Shown: positions 28,120 to 37,658 of the stretch, piece after piece
How the letters are laid out: each line of letters begins with the position of its first letter
Position numbering within the stretch: position 1 is the stretch's first letter
DNA from: Verrucomicrobiia bacterium
GTDB taxonomy: Bacteria > Verrucomicrobiota > Verrucomicrobiia > Limisphaerales > Palsa-1400
NCBI GenBank assembly: GCA_036501625.1
Contig: DASXZY010000009.1
Coordinates: 28,117 to 92,116, forward strand
Direction: 5' to 3'
DNA: 64,000 nt
Made by a program: the position numbers and the translations under genes
Notes under the pieces: generated by a model
Database searches by the model: none
What the model saw: only the letters and a program-made list of their open reading frames with translations
Told to the model about the DNA's origin: nothing

Positions 28120-28394
28120 ACGCCCCCTCCGCCGAGAGCCGCGCCACGCTGGCGCGCGGAGTCCGATTGCGGAATGACCCGCTCACGGGCGAGCCGCTGC
28201 TGCTGTATCCCGAAGGCATCCTTCCTCTTGACGAATCGGCTCGCGACATTTTGATCCGCTGCGACGGCAAGCTGACGCTGGCGGAAATCGCCCGCGCGCT
28301 GAGCGAAGAATACGAAGCGGAGCCGGACGATTTGCTGCCGGACATCACCGAGTGCCTGGTTCAATTGCGCGAGGAGATGCTGGTTACATGGTAA
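28116..28394 (+). CDS. pqqD: PQQ synthesis protein PqqD
   Basis: MNAPSAESRATLARGVRLRNDPLTGEPLLLYPEGILPLDESARDILIRCDGKLTLAEIARALSEEY... ATGA overlap with the pqqC stop. The track ORF start at 28014 lies inside pqqC. Confidence 0.85.
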   Translation: MNAPSAESRATLARGVRLRNDPLTGEPLLLYPEGILPLDESARDILIRCDGKLTLAEIARALSEEYEAEPDDLLPDITECLVQLREEMLVTW

Positions 28395-28395
28395 T

Positions 28396-29487
28396 ATGAA
28401 TTACCGGCCCCACATGCTGCTGGCGGAATTGACGTATCGATGCCCGTTGCATTGCCCGTATTGCAGCAACCCGGCCCGTTATCCAGGTGGCGAAGAGTTG
28501 TCCACGGCGGAATGGCAGCGCGTCTTCCGCGAGGCAGCCGAACTGGGCGTCCTGCACGCGGGCCTCTCCGGCGGCGAGCCGTTGCAACGCCCCGATTTGC
28601 CCGAGTTGATCGCCGCCGCGAGCGAAGCCGGGTTGTACACCAATCTCATCACCAGCGCGGCCGGCCTGAACGAATCGCGCCTCGCCCGCCTCAAAGACGC
28701 GGGGCTGGACAGCATCCAAATCAGCTTTCAATCCAGCCAGGCCGCGGCCGCCAACCGCATCGCCGGCGCCGCCATGCACGATGTCAAATATAACGCAGCC
28801 CGCCTGGCGCGCGCGGCCGGTTTTCCGCTGACGGTCAACGTCGTGCTGCACCGGGACAACATCGGCAGCCTGGAAGAGATCATCGCCTTGGCGGAAGAAT
28901 TGGAAGCCGAGCGGCTCGAACTGGCGAATGTCCAATATTACGGATGGGCTTTCCGAAATCGCGCCGCGCTTTTGCCGACCCGCGAACAAATCGCCGCCGC
29001 CGCCGCCATCACAGCCCGCGAAAGAAAGCGCCTGCTGGGCCGGATGCGCATCCTCTTCGTCACGCCTGATTACTACAGCGACCGCCCCAAGCCCTGCATG
29101 GACGGCTGGGGAACAAAATACTTGACTATCAATCCGGCGGGCCAGGCGCTGCCATGCCCGACCGCCGGGGAGATCAAGGAACTTCGGTTTGACAGTGTGC
29201 GCGACCACGCGCTCGGCTGGATTTGGCGCGAGTCGGCCGCCTTCAACCATTTCCGCGGGACGGATTGGATGCCGCTGCCCTGCCGGGAATGCGAATTTCG
29301 GGAGGTGGATTTCGGCGGCTGCCGCTGCCAGGCCGCCTTGCTGGCTGGCGACGCCGGGCGGACCGATCCCGCCTGTTCGCTCTCGCCATATCGTGAGCGT
29401 TTGACAGAATTCGTCGAGTCCGCCCAAACAGCCGAGGCCCCCGCGTTCGAGTACCGCCGCAACCCCGAGCCGTCAAACACAAGGTAG
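28396..29487 (+). CDS. pqqE: PQQ biosynthesis radical SAM protein PqqE
   Basis: MNYRPHMLLAELTYRCPLHCPYCSNP (CxxxCxxC radical SAM cluster) and a SPASM-like C-terminal Cys cluster. Confidence 0.9.
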   Translation: MNYRPHMLLAELTYRCPLHCPYCSNPARYPGGEELSTAEWQRVFREAAELGVLHAGLSGGEPLQRPDLPELIAAASEAGLYTNLITSAAGLNESRLARLKDAGLDSIQISFQSSQAAAANRIAGAAMHDVKYNAARLARAAGFPLTVNVVLHRDNIGSLEEIIALAEELEAERLELANVQYYGWAFRNRAALLPTREQIAAAAAITARERKRLLGRMRILFVTPDYYSDRPKPCMDGWGTKYLTINPAGQALPCPTAGEIKELRFDSVRDHALGWIWRESAAFNHFRGTDWMPLPCRECEFREVDFGGCRCQAALLAGDAGRTDPACSLSPYRERLTEFVESAQTAEAPAFEYRRNPEPSNTR

Positions 29488-29640
29488 GGCGAGGCCAGCG
29501 GAGCCATTTTGCGAAGGGGGCCCCGGCTCCGCTGGAGCGTCGCCCTGCCTGGCTCCCGCCGCTCCCAAAACCGGCTGATTTGCGCTCGAAAAAGGCCTTG
29601 CTACGCGGATGGCCGCCCGCTATCTTACGCCAGCGATCAT

Positions 29641-29715
29641 GCGCGGTTAGCTCAGTGGTAGAGCATCACCTTGACACGGTGGGGGTCACAGGTTCAATCC
29701 CTGTATCGCGCACCA
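29641..29715 (+). tRNA. tRNA-Val (anticodon GAC)
   Basis: GCGCGGTtaGCTCagtggtaGAGCaTCACCttGACacGGTGGgggtcACAGGttcaatcCCTGTATCGCGCacca. The 7-bp acceptor stem (one GU), D, anticodon and T arms all fold. Anticodon loop is TTGACAC. The 3' CCA is encoded. Confidence 0.85.
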
Positions 29716-29781
29716 TCGGCCAGAGGAGGAAAGTTTTGACAAGGCGGAATCCGCCCGTTACAGTAAGGAGAAGCTTTAATT

Positions 29782-30549
29782 ATGAAACAAATGCCCGTGC
29801 CACGCAACGTCCGCAAGGCCTTCACGCTGATCGAAATGCTCGTGGTCATCTCCATCATCGCCATTCTCGCCGCCCTGCTTTTGCCGGCCTTGGGCCGCGG
29901 CAAAGTCCAGGCGCAGCGCAAGGTCTGCCAGACTGAGGCCGTCGGTTTGGTGGGCGCCATTGAGCAATATTACGCCACCTACAGCCGGTTGCCGGCTTCC
30001 ACCAATGCGGTGGCCGCGGCGGCGGCATCGCCGGGGTATCCGGGCGGAGATTTTTATTATGGCACAACCGCGGCCGGCACCAGTGGAGCCTCGATTATCC
30101 CCGCAGGCATGGGCGCGATTGGCACCCCAAATTGGACGATTCCAAGCCTGTATCAAAACAACAATTCCGAAGTGATCGCGATTCTGCGCGACGACAATTT
30201 TTACCCCGAGATTGGCACCAATGGCGCCCAAACGATGGGCCATATCTATAACCCGCAGCAAACGTCCTTCTTTCAAGCCAAGTCCGGCATCACGACCAAT
30301 TCGCCTGGCATCGGCCCGGACAACGTGCTGCGCGACCCGTGGGGCATGCCCTACATCGTTTCGCTCGACCTCAGCGGCGACAACCGCGTCATGGACCCCT
30401 TCCTGAGCCAGATTTACAACAACACCTACCTCACCAACCTTTACACGCCTGGCCACGCCGTAGTCTGGTCCTTCGGTCCATCCCAAAAAATTGGCCTGAC
30501 CAAAGGCTGGGCTGACCCCTTCAACAAATACATGGTCCGCAGTTTCTAG
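29782..30549 (+). CDS. Prepilin-type N-terminal cleavage/methylation domain protein (pseudopilin-like)
   Basis: MKQMPVPRNVRKAFTLIEMLVVISIIAILAALLLPAL is a class III signal peptide with the conserved Glu+5. AAGGAG Shine-Dalgarno 12 bp upstream. A TTGACA-17-TACAGT sigma70-like promoter lies at 29736-29764. Confidence 0.8.
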   Translation: MKQMPVPRNVRKAFTLIEMLVVISIIAILAALLLPALGRGKVQAQRKVCQTEAVGLVGAIEQYYATYSRLPASTNAVAAAAASPGYPGGDFYYGTTAAGTSGASIIPAGMGAIGTPNWTIPSLYQNNNSEVIAILRDDNFYPEIGTNGAQTMGHIYNPQQTSFFQAKSGITTNSPGIGPDNVLRDPWGMPYIVSLDLSGDNRVMDPFLSQIYNNTYLTNLYTPGHAVVWSFGPSQKIGLTKGWADPFNKYMVRSF

Positions 30550-31087
30550 CCCCGGATATTTCAGTTTTTGGGCGAGGCTCCGGCCGAGGCGTTCCGGCGG
30601 CTTGGAATCAATGTTAATGCAGCCGGTCGGCAGATCAGTCGGCGACGGACCCGTCTAAGTTTTTTTGATGTGTTCTACGTCCTCCATTCGGCCATTCCTA
30701 AAAAGGCATTCAATTAAGTCAATCCAATTGCCTTCAAAATGACGCCAACGATATCCCTTATAATAAGCAATTATTGTGACAGACCGTGCGGGTCGAGGTT
30801 CCAGCCCCGGTAATTTGACAACGCGCTGTTGTGTGCCATCGTAGTGCCGTAGCCTAAGCTGGCTCGCCTTCCTGCGGGCCAGCGCGGGGGACCCAATTCC
30901 CGGATGCTTGCATTTCGGGACGGGGCGAACGGCAGAAGACTGCCGAGGTCACCTTCAGGACCCAGCCCGACAGCTAACCTCGCCGGCGTCTGGAAGGGCA
31001 ACCCTCTTGGTCCCGCGTGTGTGGGAATCTCATGGTGCCCCAATCGCAATGTCGTTGCCTCATCGCGCGGCCTAAAACCGTTGCGGG

Positions 31088-32890
31088 TTGCAACCGCATC
31101 GGAGTCGGTTTATGACGTGGAATATTATTATTCTTTTGGTCATGGCGGCGTTCCTGGCGTGCCTGCTTCTGCTCTCGCTGGGAACGGTTATAATTCGGGA
31201 ATTGCAGGTGGGCATTGTTGTCAAGCGTTTCGGCGCGCGCGGGCTGGCGCCAAGCCGGTTAATCGCGCTGGATGGCGAGGCCGGCATACAGGCGGATACG
31301 CTGGCGCCCGGATGGCATTTCGGGCTTTGGCCGTGGAAATACCGCGTTGTGAAAGCGCCCGTCACCATCGTGCCCCAGGGCGAAATTGCCCTGGTGCTCG
31401 CGGCGGACGGCACGGCCATCCCGGCCGAGCGCATCCTGGGCAAAGTCGTCGATTGCGACAACTTCCAGAGCGCGCGCAAATTCTTGTTGAACGGCGGCGA
31501 GAAAGGGCGCCAATTGGGCATCCTGACCGCCGGCACGTATCGCATCAACACGGCCCAGTTCGATGTCATCACGGGCGCGGTGGCTCTCGCTCACGGCATG
31601 GGGCGTGAAGAATTGATACTGCAACAGGTCGAGTCGGACATGGTGGGCATCGTGACGGCGATGGATGGGCGGCCCATTGAGGCGGGAGAAATCGCGGGGC
31701 CGGTCATCGCAGGCCACGAAAACTTCCAGAACGCGCAGGCGTTTTTGGATGGCGGCGGCGGGCGCGGATTGCAGGAACAAATCCTATTGTCCGGCGCCTG
31801 GAACCTCAACCCGTGGTTCGCGCGCGTCGAGCAGGTGTCGATGGTGAAAATTCCCATCGGCTGGGTCGGCGTGGTCATCTCGTTCGTCGGCATGGAACAC
31901 TTGGATGTCAGCGGCCTGGAGTTCAAGCACGGCGATCTGGTCGAAGTCGGCCACAAAGGGGTCTGGGTCACGCCGCTTTATCCCGGCAAGCATCCGATCA
32001 ATACCAGCGTCATGAAAGTCGAGCTGGTGCCGACCACCAACATCGTCCTGAACTGGGCTACGCGCACGGAAGCGCATAATTACGACGCCAAATTGTCGTC
32101 GATCACGGTGCGCTCCAAGGACGGGTTCGGCTTCAACCTGGATGTCTCGCAGATCATCCACGTGGGCGCGCTGGATGCGCCCAAGGTGATCTCGCGCGTC
32201 GGGTCGATGCAAAACTTGGTCGATCATGTGCTGCAGCCGATTGTGGGCAATTACTTCCGCAATTCGGCGCAGGGATTCACGGTGCTCGATTTCCTGAGCG
32301 CGCGCAGCCAGCGGCAAATCGAGGCCGCCTCGCACATCCGCACGGCCCTCGCGGCTTACGACGTGCAGGCCATTGACACGCTCATTGGCGACATCAATCC
32401 GCCCGCGGAATTGATGCAAACGCAGACCGACCGGAAAATCGCCGAAGAGCAGCGCAAGACGTATGAGGCGCAGGAAGCCGCGCAAATCCAGCGGCAACAA
32501 TTGGTGCGGCAGACCTCGATGGCGGACATCCAGCAGCAGATGGTCGGCGCTGAGCAGGGCGTCCACATCGCGGAGCTGAACGCCAGCGCCGGTGTCAAAC
32601 GCGCAGCGGGCGAGGCCGAATCGACCCGGCTGCGGGCCGTGGGCGATGCCGAAGCCATCCGCGCGACCGGCGAAGCCAAAGCGTCCGCTTACCGGGCTGG
32701 CGTCGATGCGGTCGGAACGCAAGGCTACACGGCCATGCAATTGATGCAAACCGTGGGCGAGCGCAGCGTGCGCATCGTGCCGGACGTGGCGGTGACCGGC
32801 GCCGGCGGAGCGAACGGCATGGTGGAAGGCCTGCTGGGCATGGTCCTGCGCCAGCAAAGCAACGGCCACCACCCCGCCAAAGAAAAGTGA
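31088..32890 (+). CDS. SPFH/band-7 domain protein, flotillin-like, with a C-terminal coiled-coil/Ala-rich tail
   Basis: N-terminal TM, then RELQVGIVVKRFG (SPFH entry motif), then a long EA/Q-rich coiled coil (AEEQRKTYEAQEAAQIQRQQLVRQ...). The true start is likely MTWNIIILL at 31112. Confidence 0.7.
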   Translation: MQPHRSRFMTWNIIILLVMAAFLACLLLLSLGTVIIRELQVGIVVKRFGARGLAPSRLIALDGEAGIQADTLAPGWHFGLWPWKYRVVKAPVTIVPQGEIALVLAADGTAIPAERILGKVVDCDNFQSARKFLLNGGEKGRQLGILTAGTYRINTAQFDVITGAVALAHGMGREELILQQVESDMVGIVTAMDGRPIEAGEIAGPVIAGHENFQNAQAFLDGGGGRGLQEQILLSGAWNLNPWFARVEQVSMVKIPIGWVGVVISFVGMEHLDVSGLEFKHGDLVEVGHKGVWVTPLYPGKHPINTSVMKVELVPTTNIVLNWATRTEAHNYDAKLSSITVRSKDGFGFNLDVSQIIHVGALDAPKVISRVGSMQNLVDHVLQPIVGNYFRNSAQGFTVLDFLSARSQRQIEAASHIRTALAAYDVQAIDTLIGDINPPAELMQTQTDRKIAEEQRKTYEAQEAAQIQRQQLVRQTSMADIQQQMVGAEQGVHIAELNASAGVKRAAGEAESTRLRAVGDAEAIRATGEAKASAYRAGVDAVGTQGYTAMQLMQTVGERSVRIVPDVAVTGAGGANGMVEGLLGMVLRQQSNGHHPAKEK

Positions 32891-32900
32891 CAGAGCACAA

Positions 32901-32934
32901 GGAGCGCGTTCAAGACAGGGCGCGCTCCTTTTTT
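32901..32934 (+). terminator. Rho-independent terminator after the flotillin-like gene
   Basis: GGAGCGCG-ttcaagacaggg-CGCGCTCC followed by TTTTTT. Confidence 0.6.
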
Positions 32935-33166
32935 GCGCAACGCGAAAAAGAAAAAGAGGCCGTCCTTTGGCGTGTTATGCCATTTCCATTTTGTAATCGC
33001 ACTATTGCAGCGGGTGCATCGGCGACTTAATCAAAGACCGGATTGACAACAGTCTCTTTGAGAAGATGGAATTGCTGGAAGAGGCGATCGGAGCGGAACC
33101 GCGGCCCCCAAGGGAAACGCAGAGCGAGCGCGCACCCTGGTTTCACACCCAGGACGGATGGCGCGC

Positions 33167-36100
33167 TTATGGGCGGGGGGGCAGGAGGACTGTGACGCGG
33201 CCGGTGTATTTGGCCAATAAGGGGCGGGCGTGTTTGTTTTTGTCGTCGGTGATGTCGGTGGTGGCGGGCTGGTCGGAGGTTTCGGCTTTTTGCGAGTTGG
33301 CCTCGGAGGCGGCGGCTGTTTGAGTGCCGGCCGCGGCGGTGGCGGATGAGGCCAGCGCGGATTGGGCGCCGCCGCCGGCCACGTTTTGGGAGAGGGCCAC
33401 GCCTGAAAAAGTGCCGCCCCCCACACTGATGCCGCCGCTGGCGATGACGGTGCCGGTGATGCCGCCCACCGCGCCGACTGAGGCAATTCCGCCGGCGACG
33501 TCGGTGACGTTGAGGGTGTTGCCGAAGATGGTTGAGTTGCCGGCTGAAATAAACAGGCCGTTGATCTTTCCCGTGGCCTTGGCGACCGTGTTGATCGCGA
33601 TGACACCGGAGTTTCCCGCGTCGATGTCGCCCTGGGCGATCACCTCGCCGTTGGGGCCGTAGGTGCCGGCGAGCAGCGTCACGGTTGGTTTGAGAGATGT
33701 GTTTCCGTTTTCAGGCTGCTGCGTGATGCCGCCGCTTCCCGTCACGATATTCCCGTTTGGAGTTTCCACCGTGATGTTGCCGACAAGCAAATTCTTGGGG
33801 GAACCCGGCAGCGTCGTGGCGATGATTCCGCTGCCTTCCATGGGTTGCTGAGGCTCCAAGACCGCGCCCGTCTTGGGATCGACAAGCACTTCATTGACCA
33901 GAACTTCAACGAGGCTTCCGGTTCCGGCGTTGACATTGCCGTTGAGGGATTCGATGAAAACGTCTCCGCCGTCATAGGTGGCGATGCGCGAACCGGAGAC
34001 ATTGATGTTCCCCCCGGCAATCACGCTGATGTCGCTATCGCCCGAAGTCCAAATTCCGTGAGGAACAAGCGGTGACTGGACGGGGAGATCGGCAAAGCCG
34101 GCGTTGACGGAGCCGCCGACGTTGATGCTAATCGCGCCGCCGTACCAGGAGCTGATCTGCGACGCGAACAAATCCAGGTCGCCCGTGAGTTTGATGTTGA
34201 TGGCCGCGCCCGTCGTGGCGAGCTTGGCCAGCGCGTTGTTAATCGCGGGGCCGACGGTGCTGATGCCCTGGGCCGCAACACCCAAGTCCATCGACTGCGC
34301 CGTAAAATCGAGGGAGCCGGGGCCGCCGAGGACGATGCCTTGCGGGGCGTTGGCAAGATTGATGGAATTTTGGCTGGCAGAATAAAGCGCCTGGATGGAG
34401 GAAGCCAGAGCCGGTGTGTTCGCGAAGATGACGGGTGTGGTGACGTAGTTGCCGCTTGTGTCAAGAATAGGCTTGCCGTCTGACGTGTAGGTTTTCTCGT
34501 AAAGTGTTCCCAAGAGCAGAGCTTCTGTGGCCGTGCTCATGATTCCGTCGTAACCGAGTTGCGAAGCGCCCGGCAGATAGAACAGGCTCAAGCTCGAAAA
34601 AAGCTGCCCGGCATTGGCCGAGCTTGGCCCGGAGCCTTGCGCGACCGCGTTCTGGAGCAGTTGCAGATAATTCAATTGCGCGCCCGGAAAAAGCGCGGGC
34701 GGCAAAGTCAGAGGCGTGTCCAGGGTGGCGAAGGCGTAGGTATTCTGGTCCGTAATGTCCCCGGCCACATGAAAGTAAGTCACATCGCCGCTGTGGAGGT
34801 TTTGGCCGGTGAAGCTGACGTTTTGCATGTTGCCGCCAACGGTGACCTCGGTTTCCTTTGGCATGATGAGCGTCACGTCATCGAGGTTGCCAGCGATGTT
34901 GAAGACGACGGGCTGATTATTATTGATTTGCATGGGCATGGCCGCGTGGTCAGTCGCAAAATCCGTGGAGCCTTGAATCCAGCGGGTCGCGCCGCTGTCG
35001 GACATGGCGAGCGTAAAACCGTTGCCCTCAAAACTGCCCGGCGGCGGCGTTCCCGGCGCGTTGGCGGGCGTGCCGGCTGGGACGGTCGTATTGACAGTCA
35101 ATTCGCCATTCGGCGAGGGGAACAGCGTGAGGTTGTTGCCAAGGGAAATGCCGCCCGCGCCCGCGTCGATAGTCAGCGACGGCGGGTAAATGATCGGGAC
35201 GAGCGCCGAGCTGTCGCGCGGCAAGTCGATGCCGAGCAGGTTGACGGCATTGCCGGCGTTGAGCGTAACGGAAGCGAAGGGATCGTAGTTGAACACATTG
35301 TTCTGATTCGCGTCCGCGCCAATGCCGGTGGCGTTGAGCGTGCCGTTGGGATTGCGCACTTCCTGAAGATTGATGCTGCCGTTCGGGGCGTTGACGACCC
35401 AACTGCCCGCGGCCAGGCTCAGGGCCAGCAGATCGCTGATGCTGGCGGTTGAGCCGGCGTTGCCGTTGAGGGCTGTGATCGTGCTCGGCACATCCACGCC
35501 GTTGACCGTGCTGTTGGCCGCGACGTAATGGCCAAAGACGCTGCCGCCAGCCGTGATCGTGACCACGCCCGGCTCAGGCCCGAAGGCGCCGGAGCCAGCG
35601 TCGGTGGGGCCGGTGCTGGCGCCCGTTGGCAAAAAGCTGGTGATATTTCCGCCCGCCGTGATCGTGACGTTGCCGCCCGCCGCCGTGCTGATGCCGCCCA
35701 GCAAGGAGGAGACCCCGCCCAGCAGAAACGTGTAGCCATTCTGATTCTGGCCGCAATTGACATTGCCAGCGAGCGCGTTGACATCGACGCTGCCGCCGTT
35801 GAAGGTGGCGATGGAGCCGCCCGCCACCGTAACATTGTTGCCGGCGCTGACGTTGATATCGCCATTTTGCGTTTGAAGCGTGCCGCTGCCGGAAAGCGTG
35901 ACGGAGCCGGCGCCTTTGGCATTGACGCCGACGGTCGAGCCGAAGGTCGCGCCCGCCACCAGATTGAGCTCCCAATCCTGACCCGCGAGAACGCCGCCGC
36001 TCATGCTGATGTTTCCTCCGGCTTCCATGGTCAGCGAGGTGGGCGCGGAGCTGTCGGCCAGATTCCATGGGGAAAAGCCGCCGAGGGTGATATTGCCGGT

Positions 36101-37651
36101 CGCGGCCTGCATCAGAATGGGGCCGCCGCCGGTGGATGTGATGCTGCCCGTGCCCATCGTAATGCCGTTGCCGGCGATCAGGCTGATGGAACCATTGGCG
36201 GATTGCACACCGGCTGTGCCGGACATGGTGATTGAGCCTGTGCCGGGCGTGACGCCGGTGGAGGAATTAAAATTCGCGCCCGCGATCAAATCGACGTTCC
36301 AGTTTTGCCCCACAATCAATTTGTCGCCGCTGTTGAAGATGATATTGTTTCCCGCCTGCAATGTCAGCGTCGTGGAAGAGGGGCTGTCAGGCACGATCCA
36401 GGTCGAGGCCAGGGTGATGTTTCCCGAGGCCTGCAATAGAATCTGGGAGAATGAGCCGAAGGAATTGGGATTCAGCGTCAAACTGGAGGGCGGATCGCCT
36501 TCATTGATCGTGCCGGAAGTGGCGCTGGAGCCGGAACCGCTGAGCGTAATATTGACAGGGTCGATCGTCAGTTTGCCGCCGGTCCAGCCATCGTTGGCGT
36601 GGCCGTTGATTTGAGATTCAATGGCGCCGATCTTCTGAGCCGATATTTCAACCTGCCCGCCATTGCCGCCTTGCGCGCCGCCGGCAACGTCGATGACGGA
36701 CGCGGCCGTGTCGTTGAACGTGTTGCCGGATTTAATGGTGACCTGTCCGCCGGCGCTGGCGCCTTGGGTGTCTCCTGTCGCTGAAATAGTCGAGCCGGCG
36801 CCAAGGGTCACGTTGTCGCTCGCCACAATTTCAATGACGCCGTTTTGCTCCTGGACGGAATTGGCTTGAATCAGTCCGCCTTGATTTACGACCCGGGCGT
36901 TGAGTGCGATGGTGCCGGCGTCGGCGACCAATTTGCCGGAATTATCGACGGAGCCTTGCGGGAGCGTCACCTGCGCGCTGAAGCCGCGGCCGTCGGCGCG
37001 GGTGGACACCAGGACATCTTCCCCCGCGTAGAGGCCGATGTTCCCTTGCGGGGCGGCGATGCTGCCGTGGTTTTCGATGTCGTGACTGATGAGAAAAACC
37101 GAGCCGGCCGGCCCGGCGTTGATCTCGCCATAATTGATGATGCTGGCCGTCGGGGGCGGCGCGGTGAAATCCCAGGCGCCTCCGCCGAAAACATCCAGCG
37201 GGACGTTTGGCGTCGTGGTCATGATAAGCCCATGCGCATCAATGACCGCGTTGCCGCCGACGTAAAAGCCGGATTGATTTTGGAGAATCACGTAACCGTT
37301 GGCGTCGAGATGTCCGAGAATCTGCGTGGGATTGGGATCGGTAATATGGTTCCACACGACCGAACTGGAGGAAGGCTCGATAAAGACGGTGGTTTCGTTT
37401 GCTCCGATGTTGAAGCTGGACCAATTGATGACGGTGTTGCCGCCGGTCTGAATCGTTAATTTCGGGCCTTGGCTGGAAATGGTCGCGGAACCTTGGGTGA
37501 TGACTGGATTGGAGGGATTTGCGGCAGCAGCCGCGGCCGCGAGCGCCGTTGCATACGCCAGTTTGCGCATCGTCATCCCGCAAAATACGCCCATCCGCCG
37601 CGAGCCGGGAAGGCCCGCCATGTTAATTCCAGGTGACGAATGTCCAGTCAT
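33167..37651 (-). CDS. Two-partner-secretion exoprotein TpsA (filamentous haemagglutinin family), 1494 aa in the track
   Basis: N-terminal TPS domain (NPSNPVITQGSATISSQGPKLTIQTGGNTVINWSSFNIGANETTVFIEPSSSSVVWNHITDPNPTQILGHLDANGYVILQNQSGFYVGGNAVIDAHGLIMTT), then ~1200 aa of Gly/Ala/Thr/Asn-rich beta-helical repeats. The true start is probably MRKLAYATALAAAAAA at 37570. Confidence 0.85.
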   Translation of the reverse strand: MTGHSSPGINMAGLPGSRRMGVFCGMTMRKLAYATALAAAAAAANPSNPVITQGSATISSQGPKLTIQTGGNTVINWSSFNIGANETTVFIEPSSSSVVWNHITDPNPTQILGHLDANGYVILQNQSGFYVGGNAVIDAHGLIMTTTPNVPLDVFGGGAWDFTAPPPTASIINYGEINAGPAGSVFLISHDIENHGSIAAPQGNIGLYAGEDVLVSTRADGRGFSAQVTLPQGSVDNSGKLVADAGTIALNARVVNQGGLIQANSVQEQNGVIEIVASDNVTLGAGSTISATGDTQGASAGGQVTIKSGNTFNDTAASVIDVAGGAQGGNGGQVEISAQKIGAIESQINGHANDGWTGGKLTIDPVNITLSGSGSSATSGTINEGDPPSSLTLNPNSFGSFSQILLQASGNITLASTWIVPDSPSSTTLTLQAGNNIIFNSGDKLIVGQNWNVDLIAGANFNSSTGVTPGTGSITMSGTAGVQSANGSISLIAGNGITMGTGSITSTGGGPILMQAATGNITLGGFSPWNLADSSAPTSLTMEAGGNISMSGGVLAGQDWELNLVAGATFGSTVGVNAKGAGSVTLSGSGTLQTQNGDINVSAGNNVTVAGGSIATFNGGSVDVNALAGNVNCGQNQNGYTFLLGGVSSLLGGISTAAGGNVTITAGGNITSFLPTGASTGPTDAGSGAFGPEPGVVTITAGGSVFGHYVAANSTVNGVDVPSTITALNGNAGSTASISDLLALSLAAGSWVVNAPNGSINLQEVRNPNGTLNATGIGADANQNNVFNYDPFASVTLNAGNAVNLLGIDLPRDSSALVPIIYPPSLTIDAGAGGISLGNNLTLFPSPNGELTVNTTVPAGTPANAPGTPPPGSFEGNGFTLAMSDSGATRWIQGSTDFATDHAAMPMQINNNQPVVFNIAGNLDDVTLIMPKETEVTVGGNMQNVSFTGQNLHSGDVTYFHVAGDITDQNTYAFATLDTPLTLPPALFPGAQLNYLQLLQNAVAQGSGPSSANAGQLFSSLSLFYLPGASQLGYDGIMSTATEALLLGTLYEKTYTSDGKPILDTSGNYVTTPVIFANTPALASSIQALYSASQNSINLANAPQGIVLGGPGSLDFTAQSMDLGVAAQGISTVGPAINNALAKLATTGAAINIKLTGDLDLFASQISSWYGGAISINVGGSVNAGFADLPVQSPLVPHGIWTSGDSDISVIAGGNINVSGSRIATYDGGDVFIESLNGNVNAGTGSLVEVLVNEVLVDPKTGAVLEPQQPMEGSGIIATTLPGSPKNLLVGNITVETPNGNIVTGSGGITQQPENGNTSLKPTVTLLAGTYGPNGEVIAQGDIDAGNSGVIAINTVAKATGKINGLFISAGNSTIFGNTLNVTDVAGGIASVGAVGGITGTVIASGGISVGGGTFSGVALSQNVAGGGAQSALASSATAAAGTQTAAASEANSQKAETSDQPATTDITDDKNKHARPLLAKYTGRVTVLLPPRP

Positions 37652-37658
37652 GGGAAAT

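Noticed and set aside
30780-30840. tRNA-like 3' fragment (ggtcgaggttccagccccgg), considered as a possible integrase att scar, tmRNA or SRP RNA
   Set aside because: No cloverleaf or acceptor stem could be folded. It does not duplicate the 3' end of the nearby tRNA-Val. There is no tag-peptide ORF ending ALAA and no convincing SRP domain IV motif.
33031-33606. 191-aa Pro/Thr-rich minus-strand ORF overlapping the 3' end of tpsA, considered as a possible immunity or partner protein
   Set aside because: It lies in another frame of the same strand, inside the tpsA coding region. Its composition is low-complexity with no start context. The true region downstream of tpsA (32935-33166) is non-coding.
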